From Naegleria gruberi (lineage: Eukaryota), in NCBI GenBank assembly GCA_000004985.1, contig GG738876.1: a stretch of DNA of 64,000 bases; one strand, given 5' to 3'. The notes under the pieces are model-generated. The model was not told the DNA's origin, ran no database searches, and was given only the letters and a program-made list of their open reading frames with translations. Positions 51,717-62,666 of the stretch are shown here, piece after piece (the stretch's first letter is position 1; every line of letters begins with the position of its first letter). Made by a program: the position numbers and the translations under genes.

Positions 51717-54611
51717 ATGAGTTCAGCAGCGAGTAGAAAGAGACAAAAGATTTTCGAAGAAATTATTGAAACAGAAGAGGAATATGTTAACAATTTGGAA
51801 ATTCTTAGTGTAGTCTATGAGAAACCACTACAAGAAAAAGGAGAAGAAGTTGGTTGTTCCAAATCTCTTCATATTAAAGTATTCAATGATTTGGGTCCGA
51901 TTCGTAAGTTATTTCTTTCAGTGTTCGGTGTGTGCGAATTAGAATCCTTGTTTCGAATATGTAATTTTTTAAAATAATTATTGGAATAATGTTGTTTCGT
52001 TCACAGGTATTACAAATGGAAGATTATTGGCCGATTTGAAAAAGCTCATGGAAGAGGAAAAACAAACAGGAAAGAAACCAGAACAAACAATTGGTGAAAT
52101 CTTTTTGAGATATGCACCATTCATGAAGAGTTACACAACCTATTGTAATCAATATAATAATATTGCTACAGCATTGAGAGTTGCCAAGTAGGTATTTAAT
52201 TTTTTTCTTTATAGAAATACTAATCAATTATTTTTCCAGAAAGGAACATCCAGAATTGGATAAATTCTTAACATCTCAACAAAAGAGTGGATTGCATGGA
52301 GTCAATAATAGAGCACTCAATTCGTTCCTTATTTTACCAGTTCAGAGAATTCCAAGATACAAGATGCTTCTTTCAGAACTTTTATCAAAAACTTCTCAAT
52401 ATCACAAGGATTTTGCCTCTCTCACTGAGGCCTTAAAAGCAGTTTCAGATATTGCTGATTATGTCAATGAGAAAATTAGAGCATATGAGAGTGAGGAACG
52501 TCTCGTTTCTCTCTTTACTCTCTTTGAGGATGATATGAAAATGGATGGAATTGATGAAAAGGAACTTAAGGAAAAACATACTAGAAAATTCCAATGTGAA
52601 GTTTTGAAAAATGTAAAATTCTTTTCCTATTCGAAGCATTTGAAATTGCAAAAAGTCAACTTGTACTTGTTTAATGATTTAATTCTAGTCAGTATTCCTC
52701 CACCTCCAGTAGTTCCGTATGTATTTTCTCTAACTGTTAACATTATTCTAACATTCTAATTTATATAGACAAACCGATGAAAAGAAAAAGGTAAAGGAAG
52801 AAGAACCAGTTCAAGAAAAGTACTTGTGCAGAATTCATTTAGATTCATCACCATATCCTTGGCTTAGAGATATTGCAGATAAATTCATTCCTGAATTGTC
52901 TTTAGGTATGGGTTCATTTGGCTTTGATTCTCAAATGGCAAGAGTAAGAAACACACTCTCCACCCCAACAAGTCCAGCATATGGTGGAAGTGGTCATTTA
53001 TTATCAACTCCATCTACTGCATCAGTTGGTGGAATTCTCGTGGGAAGTCACACCTCCCTCGTTGTACCATCCAATGATAAGGATAGAAGAGCTAGCACAG
53101 ATTCTCTATCATCTACTAATTCATCATTTTCTATTTTTGATAATTTGGAAATTGTTGGTCTGAATAATGCATTCCAAGTAATTGCTCATGATGATGTCTA
53201 TGTATTTGATTTTCCAGATTTTGATATGAAGGTCAAGTACATTACACAAATAACTGATAATATTCACGAGTATGCAAAGAATGCAACTTCATTAGAGTAT
53301 GCCATTGTACACAACAGTGGACTCATTCCTTATCCATTCTATACTAATTTGTCCTATCTCACTCAAAAGTTAGCCAATGAGGAAAGGAGGAAGAGTAAGA
53401 GATCAAATTCTGGAGGTGCCAATAAGTTGAATCAAGATTCTCCAACTCTTCAATCATCCTCATCTCAACAAACTGAACCAAAGAAGAAGGGAGGATTTTT
53501 AAGATTTTTCAAGAGTAAGAAACATTTAGGTGGTGAAAATACAGAAAAAACCAAATATAATGATGTTGAATTGGATCCAAATGAGATTAATCCTGATGAA
53601 ATTCCAAAAGTATCATCATCAGATATTCCATCTGAATCTCGTCTCGAAGTAGTGAAGGGAAGAGATCTCGAAGAGAGATTCTACATTGCTCAAGCCATGA
53701 ATACATATAGACCTCACCGATTCTTCAATGGTAAAGGAGTTGGCCAAACAGATTCACAAGGTGTCATGTCATTCCATCGTGGAGATGTTTTGATTGTTTT
53801 TGAGAAACCAAATACTGATTTTGTTTTGGTCAAGAAGGCAGGTTTAAATAGTGATCCAGATAGAAAGCAAAAGATTTTAGAAAGTTACATTCCTAGAGAT
53901 TTTGAAACATTGAAAATCCTCATGAATACTCAAAGAAATCGTGAAGGAATCAATGCTGGAGATCCACCAGCAGTCAAACAATTGAGAAGAATCAAGCACA
54001 GTTTTATTCAAATCAGAGATTTAAATAATGAATTGTTAGAATACTACAGCTCCAGTTCTTCTAAAGATATGGCAGTCAATGTTAGAAACAGCACTTCGAC
54101 ACTCATTAACAATAATAAGGGAGATGATTTAATTCAAAAGATGGACTTGTTATCACTCTTTGAAGCAAGTGAACAAAAGAAAAAGACAACATCTTCATCT
54201 AATTTCGAAAAGGATCAAGTATTGAGTAAGGTCAGTGCCAGAAAATCCCTTTCATCCATTTTCGGAACCGATAGCACAAAGGGTTATGCCAATGATGAGG
54301 AAGAGAGTTTGTTCAGAAATTTGATCAATCTCTACGAAGAATGGAATGAAGTGGGTCTCGTTCCTGTTAAATATATTGAAGAATTCAAATCCACCTCAAC
54401 AAGCTCAAAACTTGCCAAATTAATTGAATGGAGAAATGAACAAGAAGACAGAAAGGTAAGAAACTTTGTCATTAAAAAGAAAAAACCAACCAAGGCCGTC
54501 GAAGTTGATGATTTGGGAATAAGCTGTAGTATTGCTGTTTCAGGCATTCCAAGAATTGATACTATTAATGAAAAGGAAGTTGCTGCCATTATCAAGAAAT
54601 CTAAGAAATAA
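51717..54611 (+). CDS. Dbl-homology (DH) RhoGEF, 4 exons: 51717..51903, 52007..52187, 52240..52716, 52769..54611
   Basis: DH domain blocks: RKRQKIFEEIIETEEEYVNNLEIL, LRYAPFMKSYTTYCNQY, LNSFLILPVQRIPRYKMLLSELL. Introns are 103, 52 and 52 nt, with donors GTAAGT, GTAGGT, GTATGT and phases 1, 2, 2. An ATACTAAT branch lies in intron 2. The track splits the gene into ORFs 51717..51977, 52181..52759 and 52824..54611. Confidence 0.7.
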
Positions 54612-54716
54612 AGTCTTAAGTTATATTGTCAATATATCAAGAAAAATACCAATGTTATGTATAACAATTAACACAGTTGAACTTACAAATATTTTTTAAT
54701 ATTTTTAGCTCATTCC

Positions 54717-55651
54717 TTAATGCAAATTAAGATTGTTAATTCCATTGAAGGATCTTCGTCCTACTTTATACACAAGCTTCCTTTCCAAAGCATAAATCTT
54801 CGCTTTACGGGAGCTGTAATTGTCGTCAAATAAATGCAAAATTCTCTTTTTTGAATTTCGGTCCAGACAACCTAAAAAAGCAGCCAATTCTACAAACCTC
54901 TCATATAGGCATTGGATCCTCAATCATAGTTGCACAACTCGCTTGTTGATGAAGAAGGTGGAAATTTAAAGGTTTGCAATCTCTTGTGTAGCTCTATTGA
55001 TGAATGGTTTTCTGAGAAGGACTTTTTCAATACAAAGGTCTTCTTCATCAAATGTTGATGGAATTTATCTTGAGGGAGCGATTTCTCAATAGTAACGATT
55101 GAAGGAAGTTTGAGATAGTGAGGTTCTCTTCTTCCTTTTGGTGTTTCATCAGGTTCTTCTCTGTTGATTAACTTGTTTGTTTGAATATCAGTGAGCTGAA
55201 GACAACTCTCACTCTTACACGATTTCAAACTAGAGAGGGATAATCTTTCCTTAAATTTCACTGGTATAATTACTTCTATATTTTCACAGGTGGATTCAGG
55301 AATCAATGATTCTTCTTCCTCTTCTTCATCTTCAATTGTTGCTTCTGAAAATCTGTTACTACTTAATTCGAGTGAGGAATTTGATTTGGTTAGTGTTGAT
55401 GAATGTTGAATGGATGGTTGTGGAGAGTTGTTGTTGATAGTGGCAGAAGTCTCATCGATGACCTCTCCAAGAATCGACAATGATCTCGAATGCACCAAAT
55501 GCTGCGAGGCCTCATATTCTATGTTATCCAAAGACATTCTTCTCACATTGAGATATTCAGGTGGAAGTGATAGTGCTTGCATAATCAATGAAAATAAATT
55601 GCTGAGAAGGGTCAAAATTGTGAAAACATATTCCTTAGTGGTTTGTATCAT
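54717..55651 (-). CDS. hypothetical Ser-rich acidic protein; ORFs 54920..55651 and 54717..54923 probably belong to one gene joined by an unresolved short intron
   Basis: The two minus-strand ORFs abut with a +1 frame offset at about 54920. No recognisable domain. Contains an acidic run EDEEEEEES. Confidence 0.3.
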
Positions 55652-55865
55652 CTTGATCTGGTGTGAGGTGTAGAATGAATATTCTTGATGAGATTTTAAA
55701 GGAGAATTAATGGTAGTTAGGTTTTGCTCTTTTTTTTATATTGAGAGAGAGGGCAAACATTGCTCGGCGGTCTTGTCCTCAATGTTCAACACGATTCGAG
55801 TCCTCAATATGTACATTCGGCTACACATTTAAGGAAGGTAAATACTTCGATATTAAGACTATCCT

Positions 55866-55872
55866 TATAAAA
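55866..55872 (+). promoter_or_regulatory. TATAAAA box inside a GC-richer, ORF-free block (55700..56050)
   Basis: The sequence tccTTATAAAAGGaaggg is canonical. It lies about 420 nt upstream of the NO66-like gene ATG. It could drive a long 5-prime UTR or an unannotated ncRNA. Confidence 0.3.
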
Positions 55873-56287
55873 GGAAGGGTTGGGAAGCTTTTTGGTGAGC
55901 TGGAGGCGCTGTGAGGAAATTTATATTGAGAATATGGCTCGGTTGTGTTCTTGTAGATAGCTAGGTTGGAGAATTTGTGTTTGGTGGTGCGCTGGGTTAT
56001 TCACCATTGTGATCATGAGAAGAATCCTTGTATCTTGTTCTGTCGTGGGATTATATTTGTATATTGATTCATTTATGAAACCTTAAATTATACAAGTAAT
56101 TCCTATTGATAGAAATTGCTGTTAGTGAACTCTGTGAAGAATCAGCATTTTTCATTTATCAAAGTCCTATCAATGTTTGCATAAAGGCAATCCTTCGGAG
56201 GCAATTAGGCTGTAGATGATACCAAAGAGCACTTGAATTTTGTTCAAATTTGAATAAAAAAATGTTGAATAATAAATATCGAAAAAA

Positions 56288-57916
56288 ATGAAAAGAGGTG
56301 CAGCCCCAGTTTCCGAAAGATTATTGAAAAAGGTCAAACAAGGTAGTGGTAAGACTGCTACAAGTGGTGAAGAGAAGAAGAAGGCATCATCTTCATCAAG
56401 TGCTGAAAAAAAAGTTGAAATACAATATTGTAATGTACCATTGATGATTGAACCAGAATCGGAGGAAGAAGAACCAATTCTTCAACCAGCTGAAATTAAA
56501 AAGGAACAACTTGTGATGAAGCATACACCAAAGGATGGTATTGAATTGATGAAAAATCCAAAATCTAATGATTCCAGAGCTCAAGGAAAGTCAGTATTAG
56601 ACTGGGTTTATGCACCAATAGATATGGATAAATTATATCAAGAATTCGTAGAGAAGAGAGTTTTGGTAATCAGAAGAAATGAAGTATATCCAGATTACTA
56701 CAAGGGATTATACAGTTTGGATGAAATTAAGAAAACTCTTGTGGATCATGAACTTAGATATTCTTACGATTTGGATTTGGCTCTCTATAGAAATGGACGT
56801 CGTTTCACATTGAATCCTAATAAGGATGATGTTGCTGATCCAACATTAGTATGGGATTTATATGAAAATGAAAAGTGTTCCATTAGAATGTTGAGACCAC
56901 AAGAACACTCTGATGTCTTGTTGTCTTTATTGTGTCATTTTGAAGAATATTTCGGTCAAGGAGCTGGTTTGAATGCTTATTTAACACCTGCTGGTTCTCA
57001 AGGATTTGCTCCTCATTACGATGATATTGAAGCTTTCCTCATTCAATTGGAAGGTGAAAAGCATTGGAAGATTTACAGACCTCTTGAAAATCAACAATAT
57101 TTGGATAGATTCAGTTCCAAGAATTTCACTCAAGAAGAAGTTGCAGGATTTGAATGCTTTGAAATCTTGTTAAAACCTGGTGATATGTTATATGTTCCAA
57201 AGGGTGTTATTCACCAAGCTGTCACATCACAAGATCAGCACTCCCTCCACATTACTGTTTCCACTTCACATTTGATGAGTTGGACTGATTACTTGGAAAA
57301 GGCCCTTCCTTTGGCTCTCCAAATGGCTACAGAAAATCATGTTGACTTGAGAACAGCTCTACCAAAAGACTTTAAAGAATACATGGGAACTAATATTGCT
57401 GAATGTGAGGATCCAAGAAGAGAGGAATTCATTTTAAAGTGTTCTGAAATGGTTGGTCTTGTTATGAACTCAATTCCTATGGATCAAGCTGCAGATGAAA
57501 TGGTCAAGAAATTCATGCATGATAGACATGTGTCGAGTGGTCTTTCAATTTTGAGAGAAAAATCAAATAAGGATCAACAAATTAGTGAGGCAACTGTTTC
57601 AAAGTTGAAGGTCAGACTTGCCACTGCTAACACTGCTCACATTGTTATTGATAATTTATCGGAGGAGAAATCTGAAAACCAAGAAGAGGAAGAAGAAGTC
57701 TTTTCAATTATTTATTCATCTCAAAATACCAGAGTTTACCATGAAGTTGAACTCCAACATTTGGACTTGGACGGAATCTTCTTGGAAGCTGTTCAAACCA
57801 TTTTTACTGCCTATCCAAAGAGTGTCAAGGTTGCTGATCTTCCAAACCTTTCAGATGAAGAAAAGGTCATGTTGATCGAACAATTAGTGGGAGAAAAAAT
57901 TGTTGAACTTGCTTAA
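56288..57916 (+). CDS. JmjC/cupin ribosomal oxygenase of the NO66/MINA53 (RIOX) type
   Basis: The Fe(II)-binding HxD...H facial triad is present (HYD and a distal His). Close match to human NO66 core: YLTPAGSQGFAPHYDDIEAFLIQLEGEKHWKIYRP ... DMLYVPKGVIHQAVTSQDQHSLHITVS. 542 aa, single exon, basic N-terminal tail. Confidence 0.8.
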   Translation: MKRGAAPVSERLLKKVKQGSGKTATSGEEKKKASSSSSAEKKVEIQYCNVPLMIEPESEEEEPILQPAEIKKEQLVMKHTPKDGIELMKNPKSNDSRAQGKSVLDWVYAPIDMDKLYQEFVEKRVLVIRRNEVYPDYYKGLYSLDEIKKTLVDHELRYSYDLDLALYRNGRRFTLNPNKDDVADPTLVWDLYENEKCSIRMLRPQEHSDVLLSLLCHFEEYFGQGAGLNAYLTPAGSQGFAPHYDDIEAFLIQLEGEKHWKIYRPLENQQYLDRFSSKNFTQEEVAGFECFEILLKPGDMLYVPKGVIHQAVTSQDQHSLHITVSTSHLMSWTDYLEKALPLALQMATENHVDLRTALPKDFKEYMGTNIAECEDPRREEFILKCSEMVGLVMNSIPMDQAADEMVKKFMHDRHVSSGLSILREKSNKDQQISEATVSKLKVRLATANTAHIVIDNLSEEKSENQEEEEEVFSIIYSSQNTRVYHEVELQHLDLDGIFLEAVQTIFTAYPKSVKVADLPNLSDEEKVMLIEQLVGEKIVELA

Positions 57917-57929
57917 TTAAATAATTTAT

Positions 57930-58815
57930 TTACCACTTTAGTTCAACACCGTCATATTGTAAGAATTTACCATTCTGAGTTTCGGGTTTGAACTCATCAA
58001 TTAGACTTTTAATTGATGGACCTACATCGTCAACAGATAATGGAGCTCTTTCTCCACCTAAAATAATAAAATTAAATACTATTCGAATAATTACTAACCT
58101 GTGTCCGTTTTAACCCAACCTTAAATAATTAAGAATTAAATAAAATTAAAATAACTGAATAATACCAACCAGGATGAATGCAAAAACAGTAAACTCCTTC
58201 CAACTCTATACTAATCATTTTTGTTAACATATTCAATGCTGCCTTTGATGTACAATAGCTCACTCTCTTTCTTGGCCTATTTGTCCTATTAATACTGGCC
58301 ATACCACTCGAAATATTGGCAATAATTGCATCATTTTCAAAACATTGATTATTATACAAATGTTGCATCATTAGCATTGGTCCAATACAGTTAGTTTCAT
58401 ATACAGACAGCATCCCTTCTTTGGTAGCATTTTGGAGATTTTCAAATCGATCCAAGGAATAAGTTCCTGCATTATTTATCAGTACTTTGAATTTAACAGA
58501 ATCCCTTCTTTTTTCAACATAATTCTTAATAGTCTCCTCCTTTGAAACATCAATCATATCAATATCCAAACGACTCGGATACTTTTCCAATAATTCATTC
58601 AATTTCGTAGCATTTTCTGGATTTCTACAAGTGGCAAATACTTTTTTAGTTTCATCCTTCAAAAATAATTCCACCAATTTTAATCCACTAAATATTCGTA
58701 TGAACATGTCATTAACATTCCACACACTCACACTGATTACCTACATTCCTTTCGAACATCCAGTAATCAGAATATTTTCCAAAGCCCGTGATGAGTGACT
58801 TAGTAGTTGACTCAT
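57930..58815 (-). CDS. short-chain dehydrogenase/reductase (C-factor-like SDR), 4 exons: 58815..58745, 58687..58170, 58119..58099 (21-nt micro-exon), 58057..57930
   Basis: Splicing restores the canonical motifs. These are TGCSKG|IGLKLVELFL (Rossmann TGxxxGIG across intron 1, 57 nt, GTAGGT), NNAG and YCTSKAALN. The C-terminus reads IHPG|GWVKTDT|GGERAPLSVDDVGPSIKSLI...GKFLQYDGVELKW. Track ORF 58129..58731 reads through intron 2 into a false stop. The true stop at 57930 is only 13 nt from the stop of the convergent NO66-like gene. Confidence 0.7.
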
Positions 58816-59159
58816 TTTTTTCTCAAACTCTTCCGATTGGTTCTTTTGTCGTGTTTGATAACGAAGACTCTAGTTTACAACGTGAATAACATCAAGCCTC
58901 ATCAATAGAAACATTTCATTTTGATGGGTGTATTCGTTCCTTATTGTTTTCCATAAACATCAAGTTTGTTATCCACTTTCTGATGTTGTACAATAAATTC
59001 TCTTTGCATTTCGATCATAACTAGAATGCTATTTTTATATTAAAAAAATCAAAAAACAAATAACACGTTTCAAGTCCACTCAGACTTGAAAAAGAGTTTC
59101 ATTTGGTTCAAACCGATAATAACAATATTTCAGCCCCACAGGGTTTTGTATTATATAAT

Positions 59160-60044
59160 ATGTTCGCAGGATTTAATATCAAGGAGGATTATTTGAGTGA
59201 TGAGGAATCAAGTATGCATGTAAATAATAATCAGCAGACTACTACATCATCATCAATTGAAAGTCTTGTTGCCGATGATGAATTATTGTCATCAGAAGGC
59301 TCTAGAAACGTTGTGGTGATAAATAATAATATTAGTACACAAGAAGATGAAGATTCGTTCATTCTCATTACAAATTATAATACATCAAATCAAGAAGAAA
59401 ATCAAAATGCTAGTACTATGGCAACTAGTAGCATGACCGAATTGCCAACAACACAAGAAATTACCGAGTCGTATCATAACAAAGTTAGTACAGGATTCAT
59501 TGCCGAATCAGTTACTGCACATGAGGAAATTGTCGAGTTTCATGCAACCATGGATCAATCATATCAAAATGAACAGCCGTTTGAGAATATGACACAATCT
59601 TTCATGGCACATGAAACTTCAGTAACATCACAAACTCGTGAGCCTTTGAGTATTTTAGCAAGTGAAGAAATTGATACAGATGATTCATCAGCATCAAGTT
59701 CTCCAGTACTTTTAATCGAGGAAGGAGATCAAGTAATTGAATCTCAACAAGATGTTGTCGAAACTGTTGAGGAAACCAGACAGGTATTCGATGAAACTCT
59801 ATCCAATTCAAATGAAGAAACTATTCTAGGAACTGTTCTCTCTCAAGAAACATCTAATGATTCTGTTGTCCAATCAGAAGACAACAATAACACCACTTGT
59901 ACTACCATTAATGAGGTTGGAATTGCCAATTTTTTAGCCCAAATCAGCCCAGGAAACCCAAGATTTAATTTCTTGGTGCAAGCAGGAGTGATCGCCTGTC
60001 TTTCCGTATTTGTTTTCAGTTTATTCGAGATTGTTTGTAATTAA
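59160..60044 (+). CDS. acidic Ser/Thr/Glu-rich protein with a single C-terminal transmembrane segment (tail-anchored topology)
   Basis: The track start 59103 is TTG; the first ATG is 59160. The C-terminal hydrophobic segment is FLVQAGVIACLSVFVFSLFEIV, followed by CN and the stop. No recognisable domain. Confidence 0.45.
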   Translation: MFAGFNIKEDYLSDEESSMHVNNNQQTTTSSSIESLVADDELLSSEGSRNVVVINNNISTQEDEDSFILITNYNTSNQEENQNASTMATSSMTELPTTQEITESYHNKVSTGFIAESVTAHEEIVEFHATMDQSYQNEQPFENMTQSFMAHETSVTSQTREPLSILASEEIDTDDSSASSSPVLLIEEGDQVIESQQDVVETVEETRQVFDETLSNSNEETILGTVLSQETSNDSVVQSEDNNNTTCTTINEVGIANFLAQISPGNPRFNFLVQAGVIACLSVFVFSLFEIVCN

Positions 60045-60073
60045 TAAATAAGTAAAGTTTATAAGAAATTAGA

Positions 60074-62440
60074 CTACCTCTTTATTTTCTTAATGGCAGC
60101 TGATTTGAGAACTACAACATCAGTAGTGACTCCAAATGTTCTACTCGAAAGCTTTGAAAGTTTCTTTCCACCAGAATCGTATCTACAAAATACATCAACC
60201 ACATCCTCGGTAAGGAATTTTGGCCCTTTTCCAATGATTTTCTTAACCAGTATTTGGTCAGATCTCTTTTCAATATTTGGTGACTCTGAACGAGAGGAAT
60301 TGTCTGTCCTGTTACTGTCTGTAGTTGAAGTGCTACTGCCAACGTTTGCATTAAGGCCATCAGTTACGACAACATAGAGAGCTCTGAAAGCTGGAACATT
60401 AACCTCTCTAACAAGTATTATCATTTGGTTTGTATCTTCGTATTCTTTCATGGCCTCAAACACATCTTCTCGTTCCTTCTTATTTACCTCGCCTGCTAAT
60501 GTTAAATGGATAAGAGCATTCTTTATCAGCAGTTTGTTCGTCTTATTTGGTTGTTTCATATTTTTCAAAATCATTCCATTTTCGGCTGTCTTTGCTTCTG
60601 TTGAAATTGGTTGGGGTTTCTCTTTCTTTTTGGTTTCCTCAATTTTCTCTATCTTTTGCTTTCTAACCTCTAAGAATTTCTTATTCCTCATTTCCATTTG
60701 CTTTTTCATATCAGCAGTATTTTCAAATTCATCAGGGAGAATCTCAATAACTTCCTTCTTTTTAGGTTTCGTGGTGGCTATTGTTGCTCTTGGAGACTCT
60801 TTCACTCTGATGGTTTCAACACTCTTCTCTGGGGACTCAGACTTTTTCATATCTCTGACAGTTTTCTTCTCTGGTTTTTGCTCTGTAGGGGTTGGAGTTT
60901 GTTGTTTCTTTGAGGAAATGAAATCTTTCAAAGCTTCTGATTTTGCTCTTTCAATTTCTTGCTCAATTCTTTCCTGAAGTACAATTTTCCCTTCTTCTAT
61001 CATTCTCTGTTGTTCTAAGAGTTGCATTCGTAGTAAATGATTTTGTTTCTTAATTTTATCCATATCATTTTCTGAAATTGACTCGTTAAGGTTGATATTG
61101 GGTTTTGGAATTTCCAAAACTTTGGAAACTCTTAAAGGTTGGTCTGTTGGTGTTTTGAGCTTCTTTGAAGAGTGATCTAATCCAACAACACTTTGAGAAA
61201 CTTGATTCGCCTTGTATTGTTTGAAGAGAGAAATACTCTGAAGAATGTTTTCTTTCATGTCAGAAGACTGATGCTTCATTTCTTCGTTGCGTGTAGTAAC
61301 AACGGTTGGTAAATTGTCTTGATGTTTTTCAACACTTCTATGTACATGGTTGGTTTGAAGTTCATCTTCAGCATCATCTTGAACCTCTGTTTCCAACTCC
61401 TCTAAATCCTTATAACCATCTCCTTCTTCATCATCAGTCCCTTCAATTTCAGTTTTAATTGTGTTGGCAAGTGAGGACTCTTCAGAAATGACCTTTTCAG
61501 AGAACGATTGTTTAAGCATACTCTTGGTCATTGAATTGGAGGGAGGTAACACAGCTTCATCTATTTCCTCATCAATATGCTCTTTCTCTTCAGCAAGCTC
61601 ATCTGTTTCACTGTCATCCTCGCTTCCATACGCAATTGAGTTTTGGTGTTGAGTGGAATACCTCATATCTTCTGCGATACTAGTTCTAATGGAGCTCCTA
61701 GCTATAGATGAACTGCTGGAATTTCTTGCATTTAAATTATTAGTTGACCTGGTTACTTCACGTACTTGAAAGTCTGTTTCTTCTTCCTGATTCTCTTCCT
61801 CTTCTTCCTCATCCTGCACCTCTTCAGACTCCTTGAATTCATCGGTTTCCTCTTCTTGATCCTCATCTTGAGATTCTTCATTGTATTCTTGGTGATCCTC
61901 TTCTGTTTCTTCATTGTATTCTTCCTTATTCTCTTCCTCATCTTCCTGCTTCTCGTCTTGTTGCTCATTTTCATAATCAGAGCACTCCATTTCTTCTTCC
62001 TCTTCTTCCTCATCTACCTCCTGTTGGGTTTGATGTTCTGGCAATGTTGATTCCGAAATACTATATGAACATGTCAAATCAGCTTGATATCTCTGGGGAA
62101 ATGAGTTCATATTTGTATTCTTAATAGCAGATAATGAAACAAGAGAGTCATTAACTAAGCATATCCTTGGATTAACACTTTGACCCTTTGAGGAGGAATT
62201 GTTTTTTGTTTGTTGTTGTAAATTTTCATTAGACTTTTTTGAGTTTTTGTACATTTGGGCATAACTTCCACCACCCTTGGCAGGTGACTTGGAGATTGTA
62301 TCAACCTTAACCACAGTTGTTACAGAGGCTAATAAATCCTCTGGAGCGTGTTCATCTTCCCCTTCGGAAGATAGATCCTTATAGCTATCTTCATCATCTT
62401 CCTCTTCAATAATGTAATTCTGTTTTTCTATTCTACTCAT
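60074..62440 (-). CDS. CAMSAP/patronin-family protein with C-terminal CKK domain (microtubule minus-end binding)
   Basis: The C-terminal about 130 aa read KTNKLLIKNALIHLTLAGEVNKKEREDVFEAMKEYEDTNQMIILVREVNVPAFRALYVVVTDG...IIGKGPKFLTEDVVDVFCRYDSGGKKLSKLSSRTFGVTTDVVVL. They match the CKK consensus (NAI..VCLAG.VN, FLILFRD..FRALY, G.GP..I, YKYDS). The remainder is acidic E/D/K low complexity. The overlapping track ORFs 60093..60377, 60450..60977, 61753..62013 and 61766..62050 are alternative-frame artefacts. Confidence 0.6.
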   Translation of the reverse strand: MSRIEKQNYIIEEEDDEDSYKDLSSEGEDEHAPEDLLASVTTVVKVDTISKSPAKGGGSYAQMYKNSKKSNENLQQQTKNNSSSKGQSVNPRICLVNDSLVSLSAIKNTNMNSFPQRYQADLTCSYSISESTLPEHQTQQEVDEEEEEEEMECSDYENEQQDEKQEDEEENKEEYNEETEEDHQEYNEESQDEDQEEETDEFKESEEVQDEEEEEENQEEETDFQVREVTRSTNNLNARNSSSSSIARSSIRTSIAEDMRYSTQHQNSIAYGSEDDSETDELAEEKEHIDEEIDEAVLPPSNSMTKSMLKQSFSEKVISEESSLANTIKTEIEGTDDEEGDGYKDLEELETEVQDDAEDELQTNHVHRSVEKHQDNLPTVVTTRNEEMKHQSSDMKENILQSISLFKQYKANQVSQSVVGLDHSSKKLKTPTDQPLRVSKVLEIPKPNINLNESISENDMDKIKKQNHLLRMQLLEQQRMIEEGKIVLQERIEQEIERAKSEALKDFISSKKQQTPTPTEQKPEKKTVRDMKKSESPEKSVETIRVKESPRATIATTKPKKKEVIEILPDEFENTADMKKQMEMRNKKFLEVRKQKIEKIEETKKKEKPQPISTEAKTAENGMILKNMKQPNKTNKLLIKNALIHLTLAGEVNKKEREDVFEAMKEYEDTNQMIILVREVNVPAFRALYVVVTDGLNANVGSSTSTTDSNRTDNSSRSESPNIEKRSDQILVKKIIGKGPKFLTEDVVDVFCRYDSGGKKLSKLSSRTFGVTTDVVVLKSAAIKKIKR

Positions 62441-62666
62441 CTCCTATTTTTACTAAATAAATTGTATGTATGATTTTAATTAAATTTTTTCTCTGAAGAG
62501 AAAGGGATTGATAGATTTTGGAGAGGAATTGAAAAATTGTTTCCTTCTCCTATCGGTTTCGATCAATTTTTTTAAAGTGTAGTTGGTTGGCGCTAACTCG
62601 TTTTCGCGCCAAATCTTTTTTAAATTAAAAAACCAAAAAATAGGTTTTTAGAAAAAGTTAAAAAAA

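Noticed and set aside
58129-58731. Track ORF 58129..58731 taken at face value as a 200-aa SDR lacking the glycine-rich NAD(P) motif
   Set aside because: The N-terminal motif is supplied by an upstream 71-nt exon. The C-terminal 18 residues and stop of the ORF are read-through of an intron; two further exons downstream restore the canonical SDR C-terminus.
60093-62050. ORFs 60093..60377, 60112..60360, 60450..60977, 60698..60913, 61461..61652, 61753..62013, 61766..62050
   Set aside because: These are frame-shifted or antisense translations of the acidic low-complexity region of the CKK-domain gene (60074..62440).
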